From Utricularia gibba (taxonomy: Eukaryota > Plantae > Magnoliophyta): a stretch of DNA of 64,000 bases. The stretch's first letter is position 1; each line of letters starts with the position of its first letter. Location: NCBI GenBank assembly GCA_002189035.1, contig NEEC01000019.1, positions 2,046,001 through 2,110,000 of the forward strand. Reading direction: 5' to 3'. Of this stretch, positions 22,212-33,899 are shown piece after piece. The notes under the pieces were generated by a model. The model made no database searches and was not told the origin of the DNA. It saw only the letters and a program-made list of their open reading frames with translations. The translations under genes and the position numbers were made by a program.

Positions 22212-23647
22212 ATGGCTCCATTTGAATGCCGCCAGAGGCCGAGCTTCGTCCTTTTCCCCCTGATGGCACAAGGACACACAATTCCGATGATAGACATGGC
22301 CATGGTACTGGCCAGCCACGGCGTCGACGTAACAATCATCGTCACTCCACTCCAGACAACAAGATTTGCCGATACAATCCGCCGGGCAGTGGCTGCAGGG
22401 CACTCTATCCACCTCCACTCGATTCGGTTTCCGGCGGAGGATGTTGGCCTGCCGCCCGGATGCGAAAGTGCGGAGTGTTTACCAACATTTGATGACTTCG
22501 ACAAGTTCTTTGCCGCCATGTGGATGCTAAAGGGGCCCGTTGAAGAAGCTCTCCAGGCGATGAAGCCTAGCTGCATCATCTCAGACAAGAACATTATATT
22601 TATGGCTGAAATATGCGCCAAGCTCAATATCCCGAGAGTGGTCTTCGATGGAATGAGCTGTTTCGCTGAGTTAATCATGCAAAGACTGCATTTTTCAATG
22701 GATCATGAAACCGTTCCGATGATAGAACCGTTTGTGGTGCCTGGTTTGCCTGAAAAAATTGAGCTCACCAGGCCTCAGTTGCCAGGGATGCTAAATCCAG
22801 GACCGGAGGGCGCTGAAGCACACAAAATAGTGGCTGAAACAGAGCTGCAGGCTTATGGGATTGTAGTGAACACGTCCGAAGAGCTAGAGACGATATATGT
22901 TGATGAGCTTCGCCGAGCAAGAGGTGGGAAGCTTTGGACATTAGGGCCACTGTCGCTTTACAGCAAGAGCTTCGAAGACATGGCAGAAAGAGGAAACAAG
23001 TCTAACATTGAAGTTCAAAAGTGCTTGAAATGGCTTGATGCCAAGGATCCAGGATCCGTTGTCTACGCTTGTCTCGGAAGCCTCTCCCGTATCCCGCTAT
23101 GTCAATTAATTGAGCTTACTTCTGCCCTGGAATCATGCAGCTATCCCTTCATACTAGTCGGGAGAGAGGGTCTTCTTCTCGATGATGGATTCGAAGAAAG
23201 GGCCAGAGAAAAAGGACTTGTCATAAGGGGATGGGCTCCTCAGATGCTGATTCTTTCACACCCTTCAGTGGGGGATTCCTTACACACTGCGGCTGGAACT
23301 CAACGCTCGAGGGAATCAGTGCAGGTGTTCCGATGATCACATGGCCTTTGTTTGCAGAACAGTTCTTGAATGAGAAGTTAGTGAAAATTCTAAGGATCGG
23401 AGTGGGAGTTGGAGCTAAGAGGGTTGCTCATCTTGGAAAGGAACAGGACCCAGATAACTTAGTTACAAGAGATGCTATCAGGATTGCTATTCAGAGCGTA
23501 CTCGACAAAGGAGAAGAAGGAGAAGAGAGAAGGAAAAGGGCACAAAAATTTGCAGCAACGGCGAGGAGATCAACAGAAGAAGGTGGTTCTTCATATCTCA
23601 ATATTACTAGTCTGATCCAAGAATTTGCTCCTTATGCGACCGAGTAA
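22212..23647 (+). CDS. UDP-glycosyltransferase family 73 (UGT73D-like), intronless; one apparent -1 frameshift at 23270-23274
   Basis: FVLFPLMAQGHTIPMID, IISD, GIVVNTSEELE; PSPG box [14 protein letters not shown]|[30 protein letters not shown]; ends EEGGSSYLNITSLIQEFAPYATE*. Confidence 0.9.
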
Positions 23648-23776
23648 AGACGACGCGGAATTGGCCCATTGAAATTTATCTACTCCTGATGTACTTGGTA
23701 GAATCTACAAGGATGATAATGAAACTGCGATATATCAGTTGTTGAAAACCAATAAAACGATGGCTTTCCCTAAGAG

Positions 23777-26700
23777 TCATTTGCTAGCTCGCGCTTGTTT
23801 GAGCTTCATCACAAGATCCTCACGCTGGGCCTCAACTTCAGCATACTTGAGACTCATTTCCATATACCTTTCCCTGAGATCTTTGAGCTCTGCCTCAAGA
23901 GATGACTTTGTTCTGTCGAACTTATTTCTCACAACAACAGTATTAAACTTCCCGCGTAAGACACTTTGGCTGTTCTTCCGGTTTCCTCTTCCACTGCAGA
24001 CATGAAGGAAGCTCAAAACATGTTCAAATTTCATTGGAATATTATCGGCATCCTTACTTTTCCCGCAATGAATCCATTTCACTCTCCAGGAACCTTTGTC
24101 TGCTCAGGTGATCTACATTTGAAGCAGCGGGACTTCTGTTATTGAAATCATGATTCTGTACACCCTGATCACCGCAAAAGCAATAAGATCACATATTTCT
24201 TTTGAGCATGAATATATGATGTAGAATAATAGAATGAAGGGGTGCATACCCTTTTGTCTTCGGTTAGCTGAAGTTTTGACTCGAGTTCATTGATGCAATT
24301 TCTCAATTTTTCATCACTCTTCTTGTAATTTGTCAACAGTTTTAAACTTTTTTCATTGTCAATCATCAGTCTCTCATGACTCTTCATGGATGCAGCCACC
24401 TGAATCATCAACCCTTCAACTTTCAACTCAGATTCTTGGAGCTTCTGGTTTAGATTCTTCTCAATGATTTTAGCTCTTGCCACAGATTCTTCAAGTGCAG
24501 CTTGCAGAAGTGCCTTATCAGCTAACAAAAGTGAAACTTCACTGCAAGCTTCAAAAGAGATTCTCTCCTTTTCAGCATGAGAATCAATTAATTGGGTGTT
24601 AAGATATTCCACTTCTTTTTCTAGCTCTCCTACCTTGAGCAAAAGTGCTTGATGCGTGGTATCCAACAGGGCCACTTTCTGAATCCATTGACAATTTTCC
24701 TGAATAGCATCAGCGACAGTTGAATTGACAACATGCTCTCTTTGTGAAAAGTATTCTACCACCGACGACAGATAGTCATCCAATGACATCACCTTCCGAA
24801 CACAATCCGACAAACATTCTCTTGATTCATAGAGTTGTTCTGCTAGTGACGAACACTTCTCATGCAATTCCGAGTTTCGCCTCTGAATATTTGTTGCTTC
24901 CTTCCTAGAACACGCTGCATGCAATTTTAATGCCTTGATCTCTTCTATGAGGATTTGATTTTCTTCCTGAGCCACTAACCAGTCTCTGTGGACATCTTCA
25001 GAAACTTGCTTGAGCGTCAATATTTGCACTTCTGTTTCAATTTGCAGTTCCATAATCCTGTCATGCAAAAGATGCTGCCCGTCTAGGCAGAAGTCTTGAA
25101 TGTCAGCATCTAGCATTCCTTCACTGGAAAGCAAATCGATTGGATAATTCTCCCGAGTCGTGGTTTTCGATCTTTGCTGCTCTTGCAGTTCTAGAGTTCT
25201 TGTATCCAACTTCGTCTGAGCATTGGATATAGCCCTGTTTTTGTCATCAGACTCAGCACTCCTCATTTCCAAGAGCTCGTTCATCTCCTGGAGGAGGCTG
25301 AGGACATAATCAGCTGGAACTTTGGAGGATGAGTTTTCCCCAAGACAGCCGGAATTAACACTTCCTAAGTCAATTTCATCACAGGACTGGATCCTAGGCT
25401 TCCCCAAGAATCGAAAAGCCATATGAATTTGCTTCAGAATCAGCGGAAAGCATTTTGCGCATTCGGGGCTTGAGGTCTTCTCCTCGTTGCTTTTCCTCTC
25501 CGTAACCCCTTGAGTAGGAAATGTAGGATCACTGGCATCAAAATCATCATTTGGATTAGAATCAGTTGATGCACGTTGCCTGTCTCCTCTTTTAGTCAAC
25601 TCATTAATCTTGATTACGAGCTCAAGATTTTCACTAGTAAGCTCTTCACAATCATTCTCCAGCTCCTGCACCTTACCCCTCAACGATTCTAATTCCTGCG
25701 TGAGAGCCTCACTATCCACTACTGTGGAAGATTCACATTCAACGAAGCCTCCACCTTGGGATTCCGCCCTGTCGTTTCCATTTTTATGACTCAAGGTTTC
25801 CTCAAGCAATCTAATATCAGCTCTCAGCCTCTTCTCAGAATCCTTTAGTTTCTGCAGTTGCAACAGTAGAGTTTCGCTATCATCTGAACTTGCATCTGTG
25901 GACAACTTCTGCTGATTTTCTATTGCATTCTCCAAGGCCATTCCATCAAGATCACTCATCATCCTGGTTGTATTTTTCTTGGACAGCTGAGCTTCTGTTG
26001 TGAGGTGGTCGATACCATTTTCAGTACAATTCGTCAAAAGGCACATTCCAGAGCTTACAGCTTTCTTGTTTGATGGAGAATCATTTTCAACTGAAGAGAG
26101 GCACTCTTCAGCTTCCAAAATACTCATCATGGACAGATCTTCGCTACGTATGGAGCCATCAAGCGAATCAAAGGCTTGAATTGAAGCATACTGCGACTGA
26201 GTCTCTTCCTGCAAATAAACAAAAAGTTGACAGCATTTTCTAGGAACAACGTAACGCAAAGATCCCATGGCTGTAAACAACACCTCACTGTCTGATTTCA
26301 GGGGTGAGGCATAATCCGAAACACTCGACTTTCTCTCCGTGCTTTCACAACCCAAATCTAGATTTGGTTCTCGAAAACTTGAGTATTCCGATTCTTCATA
26401 GCTTATTTTCAGCAGAGGTGTTAAGCATTCTACCTTCATCTGCAGTGCATACAAACATAATCAACGAAAAACGAGATACTCCATAGCGGACAAGCATCAA
26501 GCTTCGTACCTCCAGAACTGTCCCATGGCTACATCTCTTCAAGGGCAAAGAAATTTCAGAGGCAACACTAGAACCAGTCCACTCTGCCAAATTAATGGTT
26601 ACTTCTCCAAGTGTGCTGTTTCTCGTCTTTCCCTAACATAACAAAAGAAACAAGCTTGATGACTTTGTCAAACAATCAGTTGACAGATATCAGAGGATAA

Positions 26701-27118
26701 AAAGAGAAGAAACAGTGAACAATCATACAGAGGAAACCAGAAGCTTAACAAGGCCTTGGTCGCAATCCTTGGAAATGGAACAATCATCTCTAGCAATGTA
26801 GATAGAATGAGAAAATGTCTGTCCCCATTGGCAAATCCCATTTTTAACAAGCGCGGAGTTCAGTTTAGCAACTGATTTACCCGTCTCCACCGATACCAGA
26901 GATAGAAAGAGCTTTTCCCATCCCTTGGGCACCTGAAGCAGAGGAAATTATTATAGCATTAGAGCACGCCTCGAAGCCCACAAGAAAAAAAAAACCCCAA
27001 ATGAAAATCAGAGATAGAAAGAGCTTTACACCTGAAGAAGCTTGAAGTCGGAGAATGCGAAATCCAGCTTATCCCTCGATTTCGAAGATTTTCTGAACGA
27101 CCTCTGGAGCATGAACAT
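23777..27118 (-). CDS. NT-C2 (EEIG1/EHBP1 N-terminal) domain long coiled-coil protein, RPG/RRP-like, about 950 aa
   Basis: Exons 27118-27032, 26932-26729, 26632-26510, 26439-26284, 26208-24250, 24164-24058, 23993-23777 (the 75-nt intron 26283-26209 is in frame and stop-free). N-terminus LDFAFSDFKLLQVPKGWEKLFLSLVSVETGKSVAK...LGEVTINL...LPLKRCSHGTVLEMKVECLTP; coiled-coil body; C-terminus ELKDLRERYMEMSLKYAEVEAQREDLVMKLK. Confidence 0.85.
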
Positions 27119-28097
27119 TCTATCGTCTCTTCTCTGGGCTGATGCACTAAAAAGATTCCTTCTTTTCCGTGTTATCACGATCCCACTTCGCAGTCGTTAA
27201 AAAAAAGTGAGCGTATGCGTATGCGTTTGGCTGTTAGCACGCCCTTCGCTGTACTCATTCATCACTCATTGTATTGCTGATAACGATGACCAACAATCCA
27301 CCGGACATTCCCATTATTGTCCGGCCCCGAGACTGCAATGTTAGAACCACGTTCCAAACAATCCATTTGTTTTCTGGTCAAATGCCTTGATTACGTGAGT
27401 CTTCAACCTGACACGTGAGCAAACCCACCTCATAACCATCCTGCTCTGTGTATCACAAAATCAATCCGAGTGTCTAATATTCTATTCCACGCAAAACGCG
27501 CAAGCCTGATGATGATCTGGGCGTATGATTTGTCACAAGAGTCATTAACTCCGTTGAATGTGGGACTGGGAGTGGCAGTGGCAGGCTGGCAGCACCCGGA
27601 TGGGATGGGATGGGATGGGAGGGAGGCTGGCCAGGAGCCATCATTGGGCGAATTTGTAAATGGGCCACTGCGTATGAAGCCCGGGACGATTGTTGGACTG
27701 CAAAGGCAGATTTTTCCCATGTCTGTGATTTAAAAGAAAAAATATGATGAGAAATGAGACGTTGGCAGGCCAGTAGGTAGGCAATTGGAAGATTTTAGAA
27801 GGAACAAAAGCATGTTGGGATATGCAAGCACTGCTGCAAAGCAACTTGGGAGGATCTTCCCCAACTCTTTAATTAGTACACTGTACAAGGCTACCCATCC
27901 CATCCCATCCCATCCCATGATGAGTAGTAGCAGGCAGGCAGGCAGGCAGGCTTCATTCATTCATGCACACCTAAATCCCTAACCTACGGGTGTGCTCTCT
28001 GTGTTCCCCGCACATTTGCTCGTAGGAAACAGCTTATAGTTGCAGAAATTCAAAGTAATATTGCCACCGGGTGATTCATTGTAATGGAGATAGGTCC

Positions 28098-29736
28098 TCA
28101 AGCCAATATTCTCCGAGACTCCAAGAAGTTCTTCCTCTTGGAATCGCAAGAAGAGAGGTAACGGAGGAAGGTCGCGAAGTCGGTGTCCTTGTAGCGCCGT
28201 GGATTGGCATCGGTCACCAATGCGGCCGCCGGCCTGACCGTCGTCGTGAATGGGAAGGTGTGGAGCGAGGCCACTGAAATCCGGTTTTTGTTGGAGTTCA
28301 CCAGGACTCGGTGCAGCACGCTTTTGTATCGCCCGTTGGAAAATATCTGAAAATACCATATTTTTCATGAAGTGAAATCTGCTCTGCCTCCTGCGCTTTC
28401 TTTCTAAAAAAACGAAAGGGAACGAAACGAATGCTGGCTGGTTCGTTGGTTGATTTGACTGGCGATGCAGCGGCAACACGACAGCATGGGGCCCGCTCAG
28501 GGACACCCATGAATTTTGAATAGATAAATCAATTCAGTAGTCCTACGTGTCAAATAAGATCTGGGGGGTAGAAATGTAATTACCTCGAGGTGGTCGCCCA
28601 CGTTGACGACGAAGGATCCGGGTACGGGTAGAACCGTAACCCAGTTCTCCTGATGAAGAATCTGCAAGCCCTTGACTTCATCCTGGAGGAGGAGGGTGAG
28701 GAGGCCGTAGTCGGAATGCGGCGGCATTCCCAGAGTCAGCTCCGGCTCCGGGCACGGTGGGTAACAATTCACCACCATTAATTGGCTTCCGTTTTCGAAA
28801 TCTTGAGTGTCCACGTCGTCGTTTTCAAGACCTAGACTCTCCAGGACTGCCTCCACCAGCTTCAGAAACAGCCTTCTTGTTTCCGTTGCGTAGGTAACAC
28901 CTGATCGCCTGAATTCGATGATTAATGGGTATTAAATAATGAGATTATATTTATGTGCACTGACGTGCCTGATTGGAGGGAGTGATAATGATTTTCCAGG
29001 GTCCAGCGAAGAAACTCATATTTTTGTTTTTCACATTTTTTGTATGATTGTGGATTGTTGAGTGTGAGTTTCTGGAAATCGATGTGGAACTGATGGAAAT
29101 GGATGAATGATAAAAGGACCTGAAATCTTGAGGGGAAGAAGGCCAATGGTGGAGAACTTCAGGGAGAGGATGAGACACCAGTTTGAGAAAGTCTCTCCAG
29201 CAGAAAACGCCGTCGTTCGTCTGGTTGAAGCTGGTGCCGTATCTCACCGGCGCCTTGGTGTCAGCGGACATGTACTTCTCCCTCTCAGCTAGAGGCATCT
29301 CGAAGAATCGGCGACTCACATCCACCATTTGGGCGATGATTTTATCATCAATCCCGTGATTGACCAGCTGCAAACCGAAGAACAACATTCAAATTCCAAC
29401 ACTAGTATGACACTAGGCTCAATCAGGTCTCTGTTTTCAATGACTCACCTGAAAGAAGCCGAATTTCTCGCAAGCATGAGCCAGTGAGTGAAGAACCTTA
29501 GCTCGGTTGGGACCCTGAAGCTGTGCGAAGTCTATGACTGGTATTTGAATTTGATTGTCCGAAGGTGCCTTGTTCGTAGAAGAAGAAAAGGGGCGTTCGT
29601 TGGTGGGAAGTATGTACTTGTTTGGAACATGCTGAATCCCGGCATCATACAGATTTTTGACTCCCTTCTCGTACATAAAGGAGGGCTCGGTATCACGCTT
29701 GGTTTGTTCAGGTGGGACGACTATCGCAGGCGACAT
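28098..29736 (-). CDS. 2-oxoglutarate/Fe(II)-dependent dioxygenase (DOXC class; DMR6-like/GAS2-like), 4 exons
   Basis: Exons 29736-29449, 29367-29120, 28908-28584, 28346-28098. Motifs [49 protein letters not shown] (HxD), [21 protein letters not shown] (distal His) and RIS (RxS). Confidence 0.93.
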
Positions 29737-32700
29737 CTGGGAGCTGAGTATGAAGAGCGAGCGGGAAGGAGGCAATGGGTATGTGTAGCAGAAGGATGCA
29801 ATGGAAGTGGATGCGATGTTGCTGGAGCAACCAGTTCAATGATGGGGGTCGCTATTTATAGAAGATTTTGCCTTGGGAAACAGTAGGCAGTTTTGCGTAC
29901 AGTTATTCTCTAGTTTTTGTTTTTACTTTTTTTTTTTGGCTTGGCAAAAGCGTTGACGGTTTTGTGGTCTGAACTGTTACATCCATGGCAATTCAACACC
30001 CACGAGCTGTCTCTCGCAATCATAATGTCCATGTGTGCCCTTTACATCCAAATTCAGAGCACCAATGATCTAGCACACGATCTATGTTTGTGGCTAAGAT
30101 TCCTCCCATCTGGATCTGTCTGCTGTTCCGGTGTCAGATATTTCGTATGCATCTTCCATGTCTTGGCTACAACACATTTGAGTTCTTCTTTTTTGTTAGT
30201 TTGCCGGCCGAAGACAAGTGTCACCTATGCACTTTGGGGGTCAAAGCAAGGCCAAATCCATCTCGGGGGTATTGTGATTGATGGGCTCTGAGGCACCAAA
30301 AACAAAAAAGGGGGAGGGGAGGGGCGTAGTTTATCCGATAAATTTGCTGCTTTGTTGCTGGCGTATAAGTATTCATAAATGCTATCGTGAAACAGAGGTC
30401 CACTAGGATGATTGCAATCTTTCATCTTTCATACCAAACAAAAAGAAATAGACCTAATTTTTGAAAATAAATGCTCCTCTCACCTATGCATGCATCTATC
30501 ATAATTGAGTTAAATGCACTACAGACGCTGCATTCGCATTCGCATTCGCATTCACCCCCTGGTTGCGCCCTCCGCCGGCCTTACTTGCAAAATCGTCCAT
30601 CAACACGGACCACCGGGTGCTTTCCTTTGTGGAGCGAGTGCCTGATTGCCATCGTTTCTTATTCACATAAACCAAACTGGTTTCAAGTCCTCCATGTGCT
30701 GCAATAATTGGGGATTGATTATTTTAACACTTTGCTACTAACTTGGGAATGAATGAATATATACGCAAGTGTCATGTAAGTAATTAAAGACTAGGAAGAG
30801 AGAAAGGCAAAGGGAATCGAAGGGGGATGGATGGATGGCTTCCCTCATGGCTCATCATCCTCCTCGACTCCCGTACCCGGGATCTCAACTGGCCGCGGCC
30901 GTTGAAGTTCCTGACTTTTGGGCATTCAATTAATGAGGAGGGCTCCAGATTCAATGCTTCTGTAGTTAATCAAGGGCGTCATTAAGTGCATACATCACAC
31001 AATTTCAGTATCTCACCTCCTCCGGGACAATTTTCCACGTCTATGAACTACTTACTACTTTTCAGATGAAAACGATATGCAGACAAAAACAAAACAAAAG
31101 AAGAAACAAGGATGCTATAAAAGATACTAAGAGCGCAGCCGCCAGAAACACACACAAGTTGCGATGGCGTTTCGTCAACGCCATGGCCGGCACTTCACCA
31201 ATGCAGAGCTACTTCAACCACCGTATCCTCCACAGTCAATACCCTAGACGAGGGCGCAAGATACTCCAGCAATCACCAACAACCTCCCCACTTGAATCCC
31301 AGGACAAGGAATATATATAGATATATTCGTTTTCTGGTTGATATATAACTCATCTTCAAGGATCCCATTAGGACCACCCAGCCATGTTGATGTTGCTTCC
31401 TTCTCAAAGTTCCTCTCTGGTTGATGGATGGCAGACAACCACGAAGAAGTGAAATGCCATCGATGTCGGCCTGGTGAAACCTCACTAGACTTTTCGATGA
31501 TTCGCCTAATGACTGACGTGTCAACCCAACAAACGCCTTGGATAAGAAAGTAGTAGTAGTGATAGGATCCAAGAAGATACTCCCCCCGCCAATCACTCCG
31601 AAGCTATGGACGAAAATGATTACACAGAGCAGTAGCAATCGGAATTAATTTTGTTACATGACAATAAAATGAAGGTCGGTCGCCACTTGCTGCAGCCGAA
31701 CATGTACCATGCATGTTCCTGGAAACCCACGATGTATTTAATTTATGGAATCAGACCACCAAATAAAATATTTGAGAGATGTGTGTTTCAAAACATAAAA
31801 ACCAAAAGGCATTGCATGATGCCAGGGTATATATGCATGCATACACTACCAATGCCTTGTGAGATTAAGCCAATAAGTCAAATAATAAAATACTTGAGAT
31901 GCATTGCATTCAGCAACTCAAGTGGTCAGACCAGAGAAAAAGTCTTTTTTCTTAGGTTAATAAAGTATTTTCCATCATGAGCATGCTCTTGGTAAACTTA
32001 AAATAAGCGAAATCACATAATGAAAAGAAGAAGAAGAAGAAAGAAAGCAGTACAGGCAATCATGTCATAAATATCTTTTTGTTGTTGATATGCATATTTT
32101 ATTGGTGTGTCTGTAGGGTAGCCTTTAATGGCCCCATATTTTATAGCATTATTTTGTAGAGTAGGCTTTTGCTGTTGCTGTCGCGCCATTTGAATTTATT
32201 TAGTTTAGTCCAGGGCTCTGACAAAAAGGGCCGCAAGAGAGAAAATAGATTGCCTTTAATTGATTACAAATGGAATATATATAGCTGCTGTGTGCGTGTT
32301 CAATCCAGAAACACATACACACACACACTAATTGTAACTAAGAAACTCTTTTGTAGTCCGATTATTTTAACTCACATAAGATAGCATCCGAGAAGCACAC
32401 AGGGGCTTCTCTTCTCTGGGTGTCGAGCTGTCCCCTTGACGAGCTTATTTGATGCAACGGAGATGGCTGATGGGCCTTGGGGTCTGCGAGCTCAGCCTCA
32501 GCGGGTATGGTATGGTATGGTATGGTATACAGGGACCCGGTGGGTCGGACCTTCCTCCAAATCCAGATATATCTTTCTTCTTCCTCATAAACAACACAGG
32601 GGAGCAGCAAGCGATCTCCATAAAATAACCCAAGACACGCAGTTCATTTGGGAAAATGAATAATAAATAGATGAGTCGGTTTCCATGCCCTGTGCTGCTG

Positions 32701-32991
32701 CGGGACTATTTCAACAAACACACATGCAATGCCATTATTGAAAACATCGTGGGCTCTACGACAATTAAAACTATAAATAAAAACAGGCGCCGAGTTCTCT
32801 GTATCCGAAGACTGTGTCAAAAGCAACACAATGTGTGAGTATATAATCCTGCTCATACCAATAATATAAGCGGTGGCTGAGGCTGAGCCTGAGGCTGAGG
32901 CTGAGGCTGAGGCATCAGTGCAGTTGGGCACCACGCACGTTTTCTGCACTGCTTGAATGGGCCTCAATCACTTAAATCATTCCCCGACGTC

Positions 32992-33024
32992 CACGTGTTC
33001 TTCTCTGGTCAGACCGACGCCGAC
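32992..33024. promoter_or_regulatory. G-box plus tandem DRE/CRT cores
   Basis: CACGTG at 32992-32997, ACCGAC at 33013-33018, GCCGAC at 33019-33024. Motif matches only. Confidence 0.3.
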
Positions 33025-33899
33025 GGTATTCAAAGGCAAAGAAAGGGCTCACAAGAAACGCTTTTGATCTCGTTTGTTTCTCCATCTGCGCCATCGGGAG
33101 CGGATTCGGTTCTCTAATGAAATCATTAGTGATTGATTAGCTGGTGGAAAAGATGATCAGCCAGCACAGCGTCACCCGAAGAAGAACATAGTGGCCCCTG
33201 CTTTGTTTTTTTTGTGTGCTTTTCAAATTATGCATAATAAACTCATTTTAAAATTATATAAATATAATTAAGTTTGATGTTATTATATTAATGATTTATT
33301 ATGGAAATATAAATATATTTTCATAATATACCCTAAATGCTAAAAACTAAATCTTAAATCCTAAATCATTTACTTCTAAATTTATGAAATTATATATTTA
33401 ACTTTTCATATTATCAAAATTAATCAATTTTTCAGATGAATTATGTAAAAAATAAATATTATATCTTTTCAATTAATTTTTATTTAATAACTAAAATAGA
33501 AATTCAATAAAATTTCCAATTTTTTTAAATTAGTCTTAAAATTTATTATACAACTGATAAAAATTAAATATAATCACCTGCGACAGCCCAAAATATCGTA
33601 ATCCTTGTTTTCTTGAGAAATGGGTGGGCCGAAGAACAAAAGCCCCAGGGCCCACTGGTTAGTAATGAATGTGTCGAGTAACGGCATTGGGTCACTAGGA
33701 AAGTAAATGCTTGTTTTTTCACAAGAGAAACCACTCATTTAATAAAATACCATATCACATTATATTAATATTTTATAATTTATTTTATTAAAAAATTTTA
33801 TTAGTAATTTATCCAAATTCTTTCTTCATCTTCTTGATAATTTATCTTTGTTGATATGTTCATTAACAAGTTACCTTAAATTATTCATTTTATTAGCAA

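Noticed and set aside
32-23274. Programmed frameshifting system or mass pseudogenisation
   Set aside because: No shared slippery heptamer or downstream structure seen, all events are -1 at short runs, and there are no other disabling changes. Sequencing error is the simpler explanation.
20062-29736. Biosynthetic gene cluster (2 UGT73 + 2OG dioxygenase)
   Set aside because: No scaffold-forming enzyme (terpene synthase, OSC, PKS, P450) in the window, an unrelated NT-C2 gene intervenes, and the linkage appears to be old synteny.
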